Part shown: piece after piece, positions 42,601 through 54,375 of the stretch
Layout of the letters: each line of letters starts with the position of its first letter
Numbering within the stretch: the stretch's first letter is position 1
Source of the DNA: Phaeosaccion multiseriatum
Lineage: Eukaryota; Protista; Ochrophyta, other classes
Direction: 5' to 3'
Length of the DNA stretch: 64,000 nucleotides
Assembly: GCA_965112735.1 (NCBI GenBank)
Contig: OZ218952.1
Coordinates: 1,612,001 to 1,676,000, forward strand
The notes under the pieces: generated by a model
What the model saw: the letters and a program-made list of their open reading frames with translations, nothing else
What the model was told of the DNA's origin: nothing
The model's database searches: none
Program-made: the position numbers and the translations under genes

Positions 42601-45600
42601 ACACACATGCATACACACACATATACACACATGCGAACAGCGAATCAGAGGCGTGGTCTCAATCGGAGGGCAGGCTCTGCTGACAGATAGATGGATGCAT
42701 GGGGAAGCTCCTCACCTGCGTTCGCATGTTGGAGGTGAGTCCCGCCGCCCACTGTGCGTGTGAGTGGGTGGCACCTAGAGAGCGGGAGAGCTCGGCACTG
42801 GATGCAAAGGTCTTGAAGGTCGTCGCCATCGCCATACCTCCTACCTCGCCTCTCGATTGTCTTTGCAGCTCCCGATCGAGGCGAGCCATGATGTCCTGCT
42901 TGGCAAAGAGAGCGGTCTCCAGGCAGATGTCCGACATGGGTCGGCCATGACGATGATGATACTGTCCAGGATGCTTATGCATGTTGTCTTGGAGCTTCGC
43001 CGTGTGGGTGGCTGTATCACCCACTGCCGCCGCTGCTGCTGCTGCTGCTGCTGCTCCTGCTGTCCAGGTGGCCTCTGCGACGCTGCTGGTGGTGGCAGCT
43101 TTCCCACCACCGGAGAGAGCAGGAGCTGCAGCTGAGCCTCTCTCGGGTTCGAGAGTGCACCCCGAGAGCGAGCGCTCTTCCTCCTTAGAGGAGGAGGAGA
43201 AGGAGGAGGAGGAAACCTGCACCACCTTGGCTTGCAAGGTTGCGTCAAAGGCAGCACTAAGCTTCTCCTCCTCGCGCTTGTGCTCTCCAAGCAGGTGCAA
43301 GGTGTGTTGATGGGCACCCCTCTCCGCCTCGTCTTCGGCCAAAGCGCGCTGCTTCTCTGCATTCTCTAACGCCGCGGCTGCTGTATCACCAAGAGCTGCT
43401 GCTGCCGCCGCTGCTGTCGCTGCTGTCGCTGTTGTGGCGGTGGCGGCGGCTGCTGCTGCTGCCTCTTCCCCTGCCCATGGCACGGGGGTGTGTCCAAGCT
43501 CCTTGAGCTGAGCTTCATAGCGCAGGGCGCGGTCCCTCCACAGGAAGAAGTCTTGTAGGTAGGCCCTCTGTGAGTGTACAGCAGTTGGTGATACAGCAGT
43601 AGTTGGTGATGGAGCAGTAGTTGCAGTAGGGAGGTGGGCGGGTGGCAGTCAAGGAGCGCGATTTGTGTTGTGTGGTCGCGCAGCGTGCAGGGCGAGAGTA
43701 AGAATGAAATGACGAAGGGTGGATCGGAAGATGAATGCAAGAGTGTGTAAGCATCAGAGTTGGGAGAAAGCAGCAGTTTGTGATACAGTAGGACGCAGCA
43801 AAGGAAAAGAAGGAAGGGCTGAACTTACACCTTACCTGATGTGCTTTGATTTGCTTGAGCTCTTCCTCCCTCGCCGCGCTCGCTCTGGCAGTGGCAACAG
43901 CTTCCTCCTGGAGCACCCTCAACATTCTCTCCTGTACTACCAACACACCCTGCACCTGTGAGTGAGCGAAGCAGAACATCGACGGGGCACGCACGCACGC
44001 ACGCACGCATGCACGCACGCACGCAAGTACGTATGTAAGGTAAGCAGCCCAGCGAGCAAGCAGCACGTCACCAAGCCTTAAGGTGTAGATACCCTACACA
44101 CCAACACACACCAAAAAGAACATCCAATACAACACCCTCACCTCACGCTCTGCCCTGCTCCTTGCAGCTTGACACACGGCGTCCATCCCACGCGAGGCCC
44201 TCTTGGTGCTCTCCAGCTCCGACAGCACCTGCCCGGCTTCTCTCTCTCTCTGCCCGGCCTCCCCCTCCAGGCGTTGAATGTCGTCCTCCGCCGCCCCTCT
44301 CGAGCGGCGCAACGCCTCCATCTCTCTGCCCCAAAGCCGCTCGGCGACAGCGTGCACACCTCTCTCCCGCTCCCTTGCCTCTCTCTCCACGCGTAGGGCG
44401 GCGGTGGCCTCCTTCAGCTCCGCTCGCAAGGTCGCAAGCTTCGCCTTGGACGCCTTCTCTGCTGCCTTGCGCACCGTTGCTGCTGCTGCTGCTGCTGCTT
44501 TCGCGTTGGAATCCTCCTCCTGCTTTGCCCTGGGGTCGAGTGGCGCCTGCAGCTCCTCCGGATGCTCGGCCCTCTGCTGCTGTCTCCTCACCAGAGCGCG
44601 GAACGGGCTCGGAGATCGGCTTTTCCTCCCTCCCCCTCCCCTTGCTGCTGCTCCTGCTGCTGCTGCGCCTGCTGCTGCTGCTCCTCCTCCGGCCATGGCA
44701 TCCACCCGTCCTTCCGCCAGTGTGCCGCCCTTCATGAGGCCCGTGACGCGAGCCCAACCTTTTGCTTTCCCCTCATGGTCGTCGGGGTGCCTACCTTCTG
44801 GGCTGGCGCTGGCGAACATCCTCAGTCGAGAGGGCGACGCAGAAGGGCTTTGGCTTCTCCCTCGCCTGCTCATCCTCCCGCCGATGCTTGAGAGGCCATC
44901 AGTCGGTCCCTCGGGTTCTTCTCGGGCCGTCTTGTTGTTTGCAAAGCGCATAGTGGCCATGATTCCCTTCATAGTCTGCTTGATTTTGGCCCCTGCTGCT
45001 CCCTTCTCTTGCCCGTCTGTGCCTTCGGTACATGTCCAGTCATCGCCAGCGGCGAAGTCATCATCTGCAGCAAGCCCCTTCCTACTATGGAAGGCATCTT
45101 GTTCTCCTTCTCCCCCCCCTCCTCCTCCTTCTCGTCCTCGGTGCGGCTGCCTCCCTCGTTTCCTCGCCGCAGGAGAGTTTGACCTCTCCCTTTCTGCCCG
45201 CTCTTCCTGCCGATCCTCGTCTTGTCGACGCCTTCTCGGCGACTTGGACCGTCTTGGCGCCCCTCCGTCATGCCGTCCCCTCTCCAGCGATCCATGGCCA
45301 TCGTCCCCTGCAGGAGGTGAGTGCGCCATTCCTCTCTCATCACCGCTTGTGTGTTTCCCCTTCTTGTGTCCCCCCTCCTCCCTTTCCTCCCTCTTTTCTT
45401 CTTGCTCGTCCTCCTCATCCTCGCCTTCTTCCTTTCCGTCTTGCTCCCCTTGCAATGTCTGACCCCCGCTCGTGATGGTCCTCTCCCTGTCCAGCCTTGA
45501 TGCTGCGTGTTGGACCAGCTTTTGGAACAGCTCTGCACATGCCCCTCCCTCTCCAATGTCCTCCAGCATGTCATCAGTGCTCTCTGAGCGTCTGGCCACA

Positions 45601-46269
45601 GACATGGCCATCACCGTGCTCAGCGCAGAGAGCGACATGCGATTGTCGGCTTCGCACTCGACCACACGCGCTAAATGGGACATTAGGGCCTGGGGGAATA
45701 GCAAGGAGCAGTGGTAGCGAGCGAGCGGGTGAGTGGGCAAGCAAGTAAGCACACCAAGGGGATGGCAGGCTCAGCAAACCTACCTTCAACACTTCGACAG
45801 CGTGCGCAGGAAGAGAGCGCAGCAAAATTCGTATAGCGCGCTTATCGTGGTGGGTACTCTGTCTTCTTGCGTCCTTTCCCTCGATCCACGCAGCGAACAC
45901 CTCGTAAGGGCTGCAAGCAGCAGCGGCAGAGATTAGAATAACGGAGACGAAGGCATGGGAAAAGAGGGAAAAGAGGATTGGGTCTTACATGAGGGGTTGA
46001 TGCTCTCTGAGCACCTTCTTGACCGCCCCCGTCACCACATGGGTAAACTCCTCGTCTTGGATGTCGTCGTCCTGCTCCGTGAAGTCCAACAAATCCTGCA
46101 GGGAGAGATCCCCCTGTCGGAGGACGGCCCCGAGTTGCTCGACAAGGTCCTTCTTCCCGCACTTCCTGTACAGCCCCTCCTCCCGCAGCTTAGTATCCAG
46201 GTACGTGAAGGCATGGATCAAGCCTCGGCATGACTTTCGCCCCAGCAAAGGCAGGGTAGGTGGCACCAT
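42167..46269 (-). CDS. RhoGAP-domain protein with long disordered/coiled-coil C-terminus
   Basis: Exons approx. 46269-45989, 45910-45784, 45689-44142, 43956-43836, 43567-42716, 42508-42167. RhoGAP motifs EEGLYRKCG (Arg finger), HVVTGAVKKVLREHQPL, LRSLP, LMSHLARV, NRMSLSALSTV. Confidence 0.8.
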
Positions 46270-46433
46270 TGCCTCTTTTTGCTATCATCCCACACCCGCA
46301 ACCCGTAACTGTGGGATTCGACTTTGCCATCTGTGAGTCTCCAGGGGGGACGACGACGGTCGGCCCCTGTGGGAGGTGAGGAGGGAAAGAAAGAGCGACC
46401 AGCGTATCGTAGAGTACAAGGGGGCACGAGAAG
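46270..46433. promoter_or_regulatory. Putative bidirectional promoter (RhoGAP / TAF15-like)
   Basis: 164 bp between divergent ATGs. Confidence 0.5.
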
Positions 46434-47471
46434 ATGAGTTACTACGGAGGAGGAGGAGGAGGAGGCTACGGGGGAGGAGGAGGGGGAGGGTATCAGGGTG
46501 GGGGGGGGGGGGGATACCAGGGTGGAGGAGGAGGAGGAGGAGGAGGAGGGTATGGGGGCGGAGGGGGGTACCAGGGCGGTGGTGGGGGCGGCTATGGAGG
46601 AGGGGGCGGCGGAGGTGGGGGCTACGGGGGCGGGGGCTACGGGGGCGGGGGCTACGGGGGCGGGGGAGGAGGTGGGGGCAGGGGAAAGAAGGAGGGGGAC
46701 TGGGAGTGTCCGTCCTGCCACAACAACTGCTTCTCCTTCCGAACGGAGTGCAATCGCTGCCAAACGCCAAGACCTGAAGGGGCAGGTGGAGGAGGAGGCG
46801 GGGGTGGAGGATACGGCGGTGGTAGAGGTGGCGGGGGTGGTGGGCCACCGAAGAAGGAGGGAGACTGGGAGTGTCCGTCTTGCCACAACAACTGCTTCTC
46901 CTTCCGGACGGAATGCAATCGCTGCCAAACGCCGAGGCCCGGCGGGGGGGGGGGAGACGCTGGAGGCGGCAGGGGGGGCGGCTACGGTGGCGGTCGGCAT
47001 GATGGGGCACGGGGCCGCTCTCCGCCCAGAGATTCTTACAGCAGAGACGACAGGGGGGGCGGCAGAGACGGCGGTGGCGGAAGGGAAAGGTCGAGGTCCA
47101 GGGAGCGTGACGCGGCACCTCCGGCGGAGGTGGAGAAGTGCGGTGATCACTGCGACGATGACTGCATCAACAGCAGAGTGTACATTTCCAATCTGCCCAA
47201 GGGCGTGACGGAGGAGGAGATGGTGGCCAAGTTTGGCTCCATCGGAATCATTGCCCGGATCCGGCAAAAGAGGGGCTACCCGGACCAGTGGCCCTACAAC
47301 ATAAAGATGTACAAGGACGAGCACGGGAACAACAAGGGGGACTGCCTCATCAAGTACGAGGACGGCGTCACGGCACACTGTTGCCCAAACTGGTTCAACA
47401 AGACCGAGTGGAAAGGCTCAACATTGGAGGTTCAAATGGCTGCTAAAGCAACGTATCACGGAGGGCGATAG
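46434..47471 (+). CDS. TAF15/FET-like RNA-binding protein (GY-rich region, 2 RanBP2 zinc fingers, C-terminal RRM), intronless, 345 aa
   Basis: MSYYGGG... low-complexity N-terminus; two copies of KEGDWECPSCHNNCFSFRTECNRCQTPRP; RRM RVYISNLP...FGSIGII...QKRGYPDQWPYNIKMYKD..GNNKGD, resembling plant TAF15b. Confidence 0.88.
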   Translation: MSYYGGGGGGGYGGGGGGGYQGGGGGGYQGGGGGGGGGGYGGGGGYQGGGGGGYGGGGGGGGGYGGGGYGGGGYGGGGGGGGRGKKEGDWECPSCHNNCFSFRTECNRCQTPRPEGAGGGGGGGGGYGGGRGGGGGGPPKKEGDWECPSCHNNCFSFRTECNRCQTPRPGGGGGDAGGGRGGGYGGGRHDGARGRSPPRDSYSRDDRGGGRDGGGGRERSRSRERDAAPPAEVEKCGDHCDDDCINSRVYISNLPKGVTEEEMVAKFGSIGIIARIRQKRGYPDQWPYNIKMYKDEHGNNKGDCLIKYEDGVTAHCCPNWFNKTEWKGSTLEVQMAAKATYHGGR

Positions 47472-48311
47472 AGGCGTTAACGGAGGAGGCGTTGGCGGAG
47501 GTGGGGCATCCCCTGGCCTTTGCCTGCAAGTGCGGAAGGATGTGCTGGCGGGGCTCGGGGAAGACGTGTCGGAGGCGGACAGACTGCACAGAGAGCGGGG
47601 GAGGGAGGGACATGGAGACGCCAAGGGGAGCGAGCGTCGTTGTGTACGGCGGCTTGAGAGAGTCCTCACGGGTCAAACGGGGGTGATATAGAGGGATGAA
47701 GAACGGATGGAAGCTGCAGCGGTGGCGAACGGATCGAAGTCCGATCTCCATGGAAAGGAAGCGGCTGTCGTTTTGTAGGGGACGGGGACGGTTCGGGTGG
47801 GGTGGTGAGAGGAGTGGTAGGAAAGGGGAGAGAGAGAAAGGGGAAGAAAGAATAAACTTATAAACTGAATCTGGAAGTGTGCGTTTTTTTGCGCGAGTGT
47901 GTGTGTGTGCCAGAGGGGGGGGGACGATTTCAATTTATTACATGTACAATTTTTGTACAAGTATGGCAAACATACAGCGATGGCACCATAAGGAAACGTG
48001 TTCAAACGCTCAAACCATTTTTTTTTCTCTGCCCGCAGCCTCTTAGTGCTACTGCTGCTACTACTGCTGCTGCTGATCCTGTTGCTGTTAAGATCTTGAG
48101 CAAACCTTGGTCCTCTCGGAAAACGCAACTTACCACTCACTGCGTAGTTCGTTTGGCATTCATCCATCCGTGGCTCGCATCCTCGCCCTCTCTACTTTAT
48201 AACGGAAGGCTGGATATCGTGGACCTTCTGCTTCAGGAAGGGTCCTCGCCCAGTACCGGAGGAGGGGGTTAGAGGGGGGGGGTGGAAGGAAGGAAGGCCA
48301 CAGAGAAGACC

Positions 48312-50081
48312 ATGGGGCGCAAGGGACAGCGGAGGGGAGCCGCCCTCGTTCATCAGGCGGTACACGCAACGGAGGAGCAGAGCGCGGACGAAATTGGCAA
48401 GGAGGGGAATGAGGGAGAGAAAGTGGATGGAGAGACGGTGCGCAGTATGCACGAGGAGCTGCGAGATGAAGGTGAGGAAAGGGAAGAAGGGGAAGGAGGG
48501 TTCCGTGTGAGGGAGGGAAGAAATAAACTGAAGGGTTACCTCCCTCAGGTGGCGACAAGCTGCTACTGCTGCTGCTCCTGCTCCTGCTAGAGTCTATTCG
48601 CATCCGTTTCAGAGCGTAGAAGGGGGCCATGGTGGTGGGAAACACTGTGCTTAATGCCCACAGCCCCCCGAAAGCCGTGTGCCTTTTTCCTCTCTTACAC
48701 CTCTATCACTGCTGCTGCTGTTACTGATGCCACTGGTGTCCCAGAGGACGCAAGATGCAACAAGATCCAAGACGAGGCTAACGACATGAAGAGGGCCGTG
48801 AAGAACCTGTTCAGCGTGCTGCTCGTGTCGCTGCCCAAAGCCGTGAAGCAATTGAGCGTGGACCAATTCTGCAAGCAATACGGAGAGGAAGAATCAGATC
48901 TATTAAAAGCAGTTGGTTCTTTGGATTTGCCGGACGGAGCGGGAACTAGCGAGCACGAGGGGGCGCTGAGAGAAGGAGGAGGAGGAGGAGGAGGAGGAGG
49001 AGGAGGCTTGCCAGGGGAGCCCAGAACTATGCTGAAAAGGAAGGGTGGGAGTGTCGTCGGCGCCGGGGCCGAGCAGCCGCTGCAGAAGAGGAGGGCGTTG
49101 AGTCGAGCGGCAGCTGCAGGCAACACGCTCCCTCCACCCTTCCCATCAGAGGTGAGTGGGGGACGTCTGTTAACTGATAGGCTGATTGATTGTGTGGCTT
49201 TGAGTGTCTTCCCTAAGTGACTTGTGTGGAGCATGTCTCACGCCACTCGAAAGGGGCGCCTCGTCTTCGATAGGAACAAGGTCTCACTCATCACTCACCA
49301 AACCCATGCGTTGCGGGCGCGGAGGCTGAGTGCTCTATTCGTTCTCGTTCGCTTTGAGAGTGCTCCCTCACGTCTACCTCCCTCTGATTGTGTCACTCTC
49401 CTGTCCTACTGTCCTGGCTATTCCTGTTACCCAGACTCCCATGAAGAAGGCGGAGAACTACCGGGGCACGGGCCTCCCCGTCCAGACACCAATGGTAGGT
49501 GGTCGGAGGAAGGAGATGCTTGTTGATGCTCGTGCAGACCGAGTTTGGGTTGCAATGTACATAGATAGACCCTTCCATGGCATGCTCAGATCGCCCCCGC
49601 CCCCCACCCACCCACCCACCCACCCTCTCTTGGATCACTCCTCTCGGATTCATTTTCCAACCCCCTCCTTCCTGCTTTGCTTTGCCTTTCCCTTTCCCCT
49701 TCCCTGCGCACGGTGCAGACCATGTCGAGAAGGCCCCGGAGAGGAGAGATGGTCATCTCCGCCAACGGCTCCCCCCTGGGGAACTTTAACGCCAGTGAAA
49801 TCGCACGCACCCACGTGAAAGAGGGGACTGCTGCTGCCCCCCCGCCCCGGCAGAGGGAGGTAGTGCTCGAGACGGCACGCAAGAAGGCGCCGGGTGGCCG
49901 GTCCAGGGTGGAGGAGGAGCCGCTGAAAATCAAAGTCGATGTGGCGGGAGTGGGTGTGGTGGATGTCGTGGAGGCCATACAGAGCGGCAAGCTGTCCGGG
50001 GAGGAGAAGAGGGCAGCCAAGGACGCGCTGAAAGAGATCATGGAGCAGGCGGGCAGCGTGCTGCAGCAGTTCGAGGCATGA
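48312..50081 (+). CDS. Borealin-like chromosomal passenger complex subunit, ~329 aa
   Basis: Exons 48312-48471, 48745-49151, 49435-49494, 49719-50081 sum to 990 nt in frame. N-terminal helix EDARCNKIQDEAN...LLVSLPKAVKQLSVDQF (Nbl1/Borealin_N-like); C-terminal RRPRRGEMVISANGSPLG; several TP sites. Confidence 0.75.
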
Positions 50082-50358
50082 CGGAGTTGGGGGGGGGGGG
50101 TTGTTTCGCGAGAGTTAAGAAGAATCAATACTTCGTAGGATAATACATCTACATCGTTCAATTTGCAGCGTTGTCGGCCCCTGACATGGTTCTGATGCGA
50201 CCCTGGTTCCTGGTTCTGCAGGTTCCAGGTGCTGGCGCCCCCCCCCTGTGTCTCGACACAGCGCGGCTGGCCAACACACTGAAACTAAAACCGAAACGGC
50301 GAGTTCACCCCTTCCCAGTTCGTTAGACAGGAGTTGAGGATAACGTCTACCAAGAGCG

Positions 50359-51936
50359 ATGGCTCACTTTTGGCTCTCCAGCGCTCTTCTGTGCGTTGGC
50401 GTGCGCGCCCAAGAGGTACGAGGACGGAGGCCTTGAGACAAACCTCAGAGAGGCTCGCCTTTGAGCTCTGGGCCGCAGTAGAGCACCCGCGCGTCGAGTG
50501 TCTGATGCCTAGATTGAGCTACGGCCTTCTTTTCTGTTCCTTTCTCTCTCCTTCCCTCAGCCTCCTTCCCTTCTCCTCGAGGCCTTGCCGTCCACAGGGT
50601 AACGGTTCGTGTTTTTTGGTCCCCCCCCAGTTCGACTGACTTGCCTCCACCACCTCTTCTCACCAGCGCGGCGACATGATGACTTGCTGGGATCGGCAGC
50701 AGAAGTGCAACTTGGACTGCATCATGCCCAAGTACAGGGAAGGCGTGCAGCTGGCATGGCCCTTCCAAGCGCCGGACACGGAGGCCAACACGGACAGGTG
50801 CACTTCGCTCTGCACCACTGAGGCAGAAAGCTGTGTGGACAGTGACGAGACGGAGGCCTATATCGACGTACGTGCATGGCAGGATGTTTACTGTAGGTGG
50901 TCGGTGGGAGGACTTTTGTCCCGAGTGTCAGGCCGGGCCGAACACTGTTTTCCAAATTCTGTGCTATGCTACTACTACCTACGCCTTCGCTCGTCCATAC
51001 ACTGTCACGATGTCAACGTCGAATGACGGGACACAGAGCAAGAGCACGTCCCAATCCAATGGTTGTGTGTGTGTGTTGTAGCCCCTCATCTTGCTCTTCT
51101 CTCCCCCCCCCTCCGTCTCTGCTGTCTCGTCTTTGCATTTCCCCTCTCCCCTCTCTCCTCTCCGGACCTTGGTCACTCTCGGACTGTGGTCATCGTCGAA
51201 TACGACGCCCCCCCCCACGCTATGTGTGTCACACCCAACTCGACTGACAAAAACACAAACACAATGACCAAAAAAACACTCTCCCTCCCTCGGAGGATAG
51301 TGTGCCTTTGCCTGCGCCACCGACTATGACGGATCCCTAATGCTCTGCACACAGAAAGCTTCCTCCACCACAATCGGCACGTATAACAAGAACCAGGACA
51401 GCTGCTCGAACAAAGCTGCCGGAGTCATGGACACTTGCATGGACGCGTGTGCCCCCACGGATCGCTTCGGAGGCTGGACGCCCGAGAAGGAGGAGGGCGG
51501 GGGGGTTGTGCGGGGCATTACTGACGAGACATGGAGGAGCCCATTTTTGTCGGATGAAGTTGTATTCGGGAGTGGGGATGGGTCCAAGACCAAGGGGTCG
51601 TCGGGAGAGAAGGGGCAGGTAGCAGCAGCAGCAGCAGAAGAGGAAGCAGAAGCAGTTGGTGATACAGCAGCAGCAATGGAGCAGCTGGCGGTGGGAGCCT
51701 TTTCAGCCTCTACCGGCCGAAAAAAGACCGTGCTTCGGCTCGATGGGCAGTTGAAGAAGCACTCTCAATCAACCTCGGCGCCTGGAGCAGCAGCGTCCTC
51801 GTCTTCTTCCGAACTGGGGGTAGTGGGTGTGATGGGAAGTGCCACCTTGGTTGGTTTCGCGGTGCTTGCCTCGGGCTTCTTCGTACTGAACGTACTGCAG
51901 AGAACGGGGACCGGATCGAGCACGATTGACATCTAG
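50359..51936 (+). CDS. Uncharacterised secreted Cys-rich protein with C-terminal transmembrane helix, ~297 aa
   Basis: Exons 50359-50415 (signal MAHFWLSSALLCVGVRA), 50667-50867, 51301-51936 in frame. Cys pattern CWDRQQKCNLDC, CTSLCTTEAESC, CAFAC, CMDAC. TM LGVVGVMGSATLVGFAVLASGFFVLNVL. Confidence 0.7.
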
Positions 51937-52412
51937 GAGATGTGTATGGTGAGGCGGGGGGAGGACCGAGGAGCTGCGATGGCAGGAAAGGAACAGTTAC
52001 ATTTGAGGTGGTGCTCTCTCTCGTCGGGTTCACGATGTGGGACAATGCTTGACAACTGCTTCTTGTACATACATTTTAATTTACTAGAGACGTCTACTTT
52101 CTGCTGACCTGCATGAAGATTACCTCTTTATGACCGCGAGTCAGCCCCAACGGGAGGTTAGGAGGTCGGGAGGATGGGAAGATGTGAGGACATCAGAACA
52201 TCAGGAGCGACACGTGGCACGCTTTGTGAACTCGCTTACACTCGCCGGTTGCATCATGTCTTTCCGATCAGAAACAATGAGAAACAGGCTCTTCTCTGCC
52301 TCCCATAATGGGTTTGGCGGTGGTGCAATTAGTGGTGGGGTGGTGGACGGTCCTTTGATGATTGGTGCCATCTATGATTGTCTAAAAGTAATGTCTCACC
52401 GCCCCGGGGAAC

Positions 52413-53537
52413 TTAGCCCCCGAGGTCGTATCCCTCCGATGCGTCAGTTCTCCCGATTGGCATAAAGTTGATGCCAGCCAGGATCCTATGGCGAATCGAT
52501 CTTTCGTGTCGAGCCCGCTGGAGCGCAACGGCTACTTGTAAACGCCGCCGAATGACGCAAACAGCCCTCGCATAAGCTCTCATGTCCAGATGTTCGTGCC
52601 CCCCAGCCATGTGGGTGGCGAGTGTTTTGATAAACATCTTGTGCTGACGGACCAAATGCACCTTGCTGCTCCATCCCAAAAGGGACGAGATGATACCTCG
52701 TGGGGTCATAGTGGATATCTCCACCCTGGCCCTCCATGCCTCCATGTGGCACACCATACCTGGTGCGCTTGGTTGCTTCAGCCTTCTTGTCTGCCGCGAG
52801 TGCCTCCTTCGATGCCTTGGCCCGATTGGTAATGTTGGTGGCATCCGTGAGCGTGACGTCGATCATGAGGGACTTGTGGCCGTCCCCATATTCATGGTCG
52901 GATGGAAGCTCAAACATCCTGGGGGGAGTCACGATGTCCATCTCCATCTGCTTGGCCACGTGGGCGTCACCCCTCACGGCGTTGCTCCCCCCTCTCCCTC
53001 GTCGCGGGGTGACCGTTCTTGCCCTCATGAAGAAGGGGAAGCTGGTATTCTGGACTATCCCTCTGCCCAGGCCCTCGCTCTTCATCAGGGCGACAAGTGC
53101 CTTCTGCACAGCGTCGTGTTGGGGTGTGCTGAGCCCCGTCTTCGTGCAGGTGATGATGTGCCCCTCCGTCAGCGCCTTGCCCCGCTGGAGCGCAACGGCT
53201 AAACGCCACCGATTCCCTCGCATAAGCTCTCATGTCCAGATGTTCGTGCCCCCCAGCCATGTGGGTGGCGAGTGTTTTGATAAACATCTGTGCTGACGGA
53301 CCAAATGCACCTTGCTGCTCCATCCCAAAAGGGACGAGATGATACTTCGTGGGGTCATAGTGGATGTCTCCACTCCACCCTGGCCCTCCATGCCTCCATG
53401 TGGCACACCATACCTGGTGCGCTTGGTTGCTTCAGCCTTCTTGGCTGCCGCGAGTGCCTCCTTCGATGCCTTGCGGCAGCCAAGAAGGCTGAAGCAACCA
53501 AGCGCACCAGGTATGGTGTGCCACATGGAGGCATGGA
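52413..53537 (-). mobile_element. 5'-truncated, rearranged non-LTR retrotransposon fragment encoding a restriction-like endonuclease (RLE; CRE/R2-group-like)
   Basis: Minus-strand frames give GHIITCTKTG...QHDAVQKAL (end of the CCHC knuckle plus RH-like motif), MDIV...LMIDVT, KKAEATKRTRY, LVPFGMEQQGAFGPSAQMFIKTL, RRLQVAVALQR. Contains a frameshift, an internal direct duplication and a terminal inversion; no RT domain present. Confidence 0.75.
53387..53537. repeat. Perfect 65-bp inverted repeat with 21-nt loop
   Basis: 53387-53451 is the exact reverse complement of 53473-53537. Confidence 0.95.
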
Positions 53538-54375
53538 TGGACCAAAAAAATATTTGTTGACAGGATGGCAGTTCGTGGTACCCCGGGGGGGTCGCCTGGC
53601 AAAAGCGGCGAGGGGAGGGCCAAGACAAAGGTTTTACGCCTTCGTGAGGCCCGCGAGCTCGCAGGGCCGGAAACAAACGCGGTAGGTTATTCACCGTGTG
53701 TTGGGGGACGGATGGTGCTGCAGTTTTGTGGGAAATACGGAAGAGTTGGGTAAATACGGGCAGGTGCAAGTTTTTTTGGGGGAAAAATAGTTGGTAAGGA
53801 TGGCGTTGTGGGAGGGGGCGCAATTGCGGGAATGAGAGCATGGATGCGTGGTCTATGTGAAGAGGGTCTTTCGGTGTAGCGATAGCACATCTGGAATCCT
53901 GCTCACGTGGAGCAGCGCTCGAGATAACGCAAACGGCGCATCCCCACCTCCGCCAGAGGCAGGAGAGAAAACATCCCAAAATCTCACTTTCATCGGATTA
54001 TGGAGCAAGTGGGGGGTGTGCTTTCTCGGGCTCCAAGTGCAGTAGAGACCGTCCCGGCGGTGCATACGCCTCTGAGGGCAGTACCTGTTGAGATGGCATG
54101 CCTTGCCTTGAGCTGGGAGGCAATTGCAGACCCGCGTTTGCGTCTGGCAGGCCGAGCTAACGGCTGGAGTTTGAACCAAGGGAGGGGGGGGGTAACTCCA
54201 CCAAACGATGGCTTTACTCCACCATGACCCCATTTTCACTCAACACCATCTAACCTGCGAGAGTTCTTGTCCCTGCTCCTCCTCTTTGCTCTTTTTCAGC
54301 AGCTATGGAGGCAAACGAGGCGCCAGAATAGGGAACATGGCCAAAAGATAGAAAGATATAGAGGAAACAGCGAAA

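Noticed and set aside
46434-47471. Intronless TAF15-like gene as a retrocopy
   Set aside because: No poly-A remnant or TSD, and other genes here also have multi-kb exons.
53540-54300. 249-aa minus-strand ORF (53230-53979) running into the retroelement
   Set aside because: Read-through across the inverted repeat; the part outside the element has no recognisable motif.
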